DNA of 64,000 nt, from contig NC_043011.1 in assembly GCF_006345805.1 (NCBI RefSeq), forward strand, positions 11,098,001-11,162,000, written 5' to 3'. Each line of letters begins with the position of its first letter. Position 1 is the first letter of the stretch. The notes beneath the pieces were generated by a model that was not told the origin of the DNA, made no database searches, and saw nothing but the letters and a program-made list of their open reading frames with translations. A program made the translations under genes and the position numbers. The DNA comes from Octopus sinensis. Its lineage: Eukaryota. This document shows positions 62,239-64,000 of this stretch, piece by piece.

Positions 62239-63530
62239 CGAGGGGCGTTCAATAAGTAAGGCCCCTGACCCACATCCCATAGCAGTAGAGCAACGAAACT
62301 TGGCACAGTTATTAGTCTTTTTCTACATAGGAACCACCCAGAGTTACGCATTTCTCCCATCGTTTGATGCAGCGCTGGAGACCGTTTTTGTAGAAGACCC
62401 CAGCTTGGTCCTCCAACCACGACGTGACTTTAGAAATCAAGGCTGCATCATCTGTGAAATGCTTTCCTTTCAAAAAAAACTTCATGGCTGGGAAGAGGTG
62501 AAAATCAGAGGGTGCAAGGTCAGGAGCGTAGGGGGGGTGGGGGAGGAGTTCATAGCAGCACGCCTGTGTTTCTGATCTGGCGACACGCGAGTTGTGAACC
62601 GGAGCGTTGTCCTGCAGGAGGAGGATGCCTTTGCTGATCTTGCCCCACCTCTTGATTTTGATAGCTTCTCTTAATTTCCTCAAAAGTGAAGCATAATAGG
62701 CTCCTGTAATTGTGGTACCCTTTGCCAGGAAATCTGTCATCACTACTCCGTCCTGGTCCCAGAAGACTGTGAGCATGACCTTGCCAGCGGAGGGCTGCAC
62801 CCTTGCCTTCTTTGGAGGAGGTGAGTCACGGTGCTTCCACTGCATTGACTGGGCTTTGGTCTCTGAATCATAGTGATGGACCCAGGTTTCATCCTGTGTA
62901 ATCAGTCTTTTGAAAACTTTTGACTCATCTTCTTGGCACATCTCCAAATTCATCCTCGAGCACTCGACGCGTTCTTGCTTCTGGAAAGGTGTGAGCAACC
63001 TGGGAATCCATCTGGCAGACACTTTTTGCATATGCAAATGGTCATGAATGATAGTTTCCACAGACCCGGTACTAATCTTGACCTCATGGGCTATTTGGCG
63101 AATAGTTATGCATCGATCTTCCAAAATGGCAGCCTCAACTTGACGGACAGATGCCTCATCAATGGCAGAAGGGGGTGACCAGATCTGGGAGCTGTTTCCA
63201 CAGAGTTCCGACCATGTTTGAATTCACGATGCCAGCGTTTTACAAGGTCATATGATGGGGCATCATCACCATAAGTTACTTTTATTTCATCAAAAGTCTC
63301 CTGTGGTGTGCGTCCTTTCAAATACAAAAACCAGATCACTGCTCGACACTCAAAAGGCTCCATTTCACACTTGACTCAGTTCAAACACCTGTAAATCAGA
63401 AACCACAATTAGCTCAGAGCTGTAATTTGCCACTTAATCTATAAATATATAAATAATTGCACATGCAAAATTTCAGCTAGATCAAACAAATGCAAGTGGG
63501 TCAGAGGCATTACTTATTGAACGTCCCTCG
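62239..63530 (-). mobile_element. Full-length mariner (irritans/Hsmar2-like), DD34D transposase with one frameshift
   Basis: 1292 bp; TA TSD; TIR CGAGGG(G)CGTTCAATAAGTAA(G/T)GCC(C/T)CTGACCCAC; ORFs 63106-63363 and 62312-63124; WIPRLL, DETW, QDNAP and YAPDLAPSD motifs with 34 residues between the last two Asp. Confidence 0.95.
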
Positions 63531-63659
63531 TATATGTATATATACACAGATCACCTAGCATTGTAGGTGTTCTAACATCCTCTGTCATATTTAATGGCAA
63601 TTATAGTTTTCCTTTCTGGTGATACATTGCTAAACTGCTGCTTGATTTAATTATATATA

Positions 63660-64000
63660 CTCTCTTTATTCTTTTACTTGTTTCAGTCATTTGACTGCGG
63701 CCATGCTGGAGCACCGCCTTTAGTCGAACAGATCGACCCCGGGACTTATTCTTTGTAAGCCCAGTACTTATTCTATCGCTCTCTTTTGCCGAACTGCTAA
63801 GTGACGACGACATAAACACACCAGCATCGGTTGTCAAGCAATGCTAGGGGGGACAAACACAGACACACAAGCACACACACACACATACATATATATACAT
63901 ATATACGATGGGCTTCTTTCAGTTTCCGTCTACCAAATCCACTCACAAGGCTTTGGTCGGCCCAAGGCTATAGTAGAAGACACTTGCCCAAGATGCCGCT
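63660..64000 (-). mobile_element. SINE family A copy cut by the window end
   Basis: Family match. Confidence 0.85.

Overview
Eukaryotic, repeat-dense genomic DNA. The repeat complement (tRNA-headed SINEs, RTE/CR1 LINEs, Penelope-like pieces, Helitrons, mariners) resembles an octopus-type cephalopod genome; this is inference from recalled repeat families, not a search. One host gene is supported: PRMT3 on the + strand (6594-37209, eight coding exons visible). The exons encoding the SAM-binding catalytic core are not visible and probably lie in the 100-N gap at 31919-32018. Everything else is transposon-derived: a non-autonomous LTR element with a tRNA-Trp PBS nested in a MITE nested in a Helitron; Merlin-like and piggyBac-like MITEs; a Helitron array with a 534-bp palindrome; four mariners, one nearly intact; RTE, CR1 and Penelope remnants; and an ORF1-only L1/Tx1-like element. 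The most striking signal is a set of sequence-unrelated elements carrying type I hammerhead-ribozyme motifs, most of them inverted-repeat (foldback) elements next to (TA)n microsatellites. Three motifs lie on the sense strand of a PRMT3 intron, one element has a hammerhead on each arm, and one motif has an apparent compensatory G3:C8 core swap.
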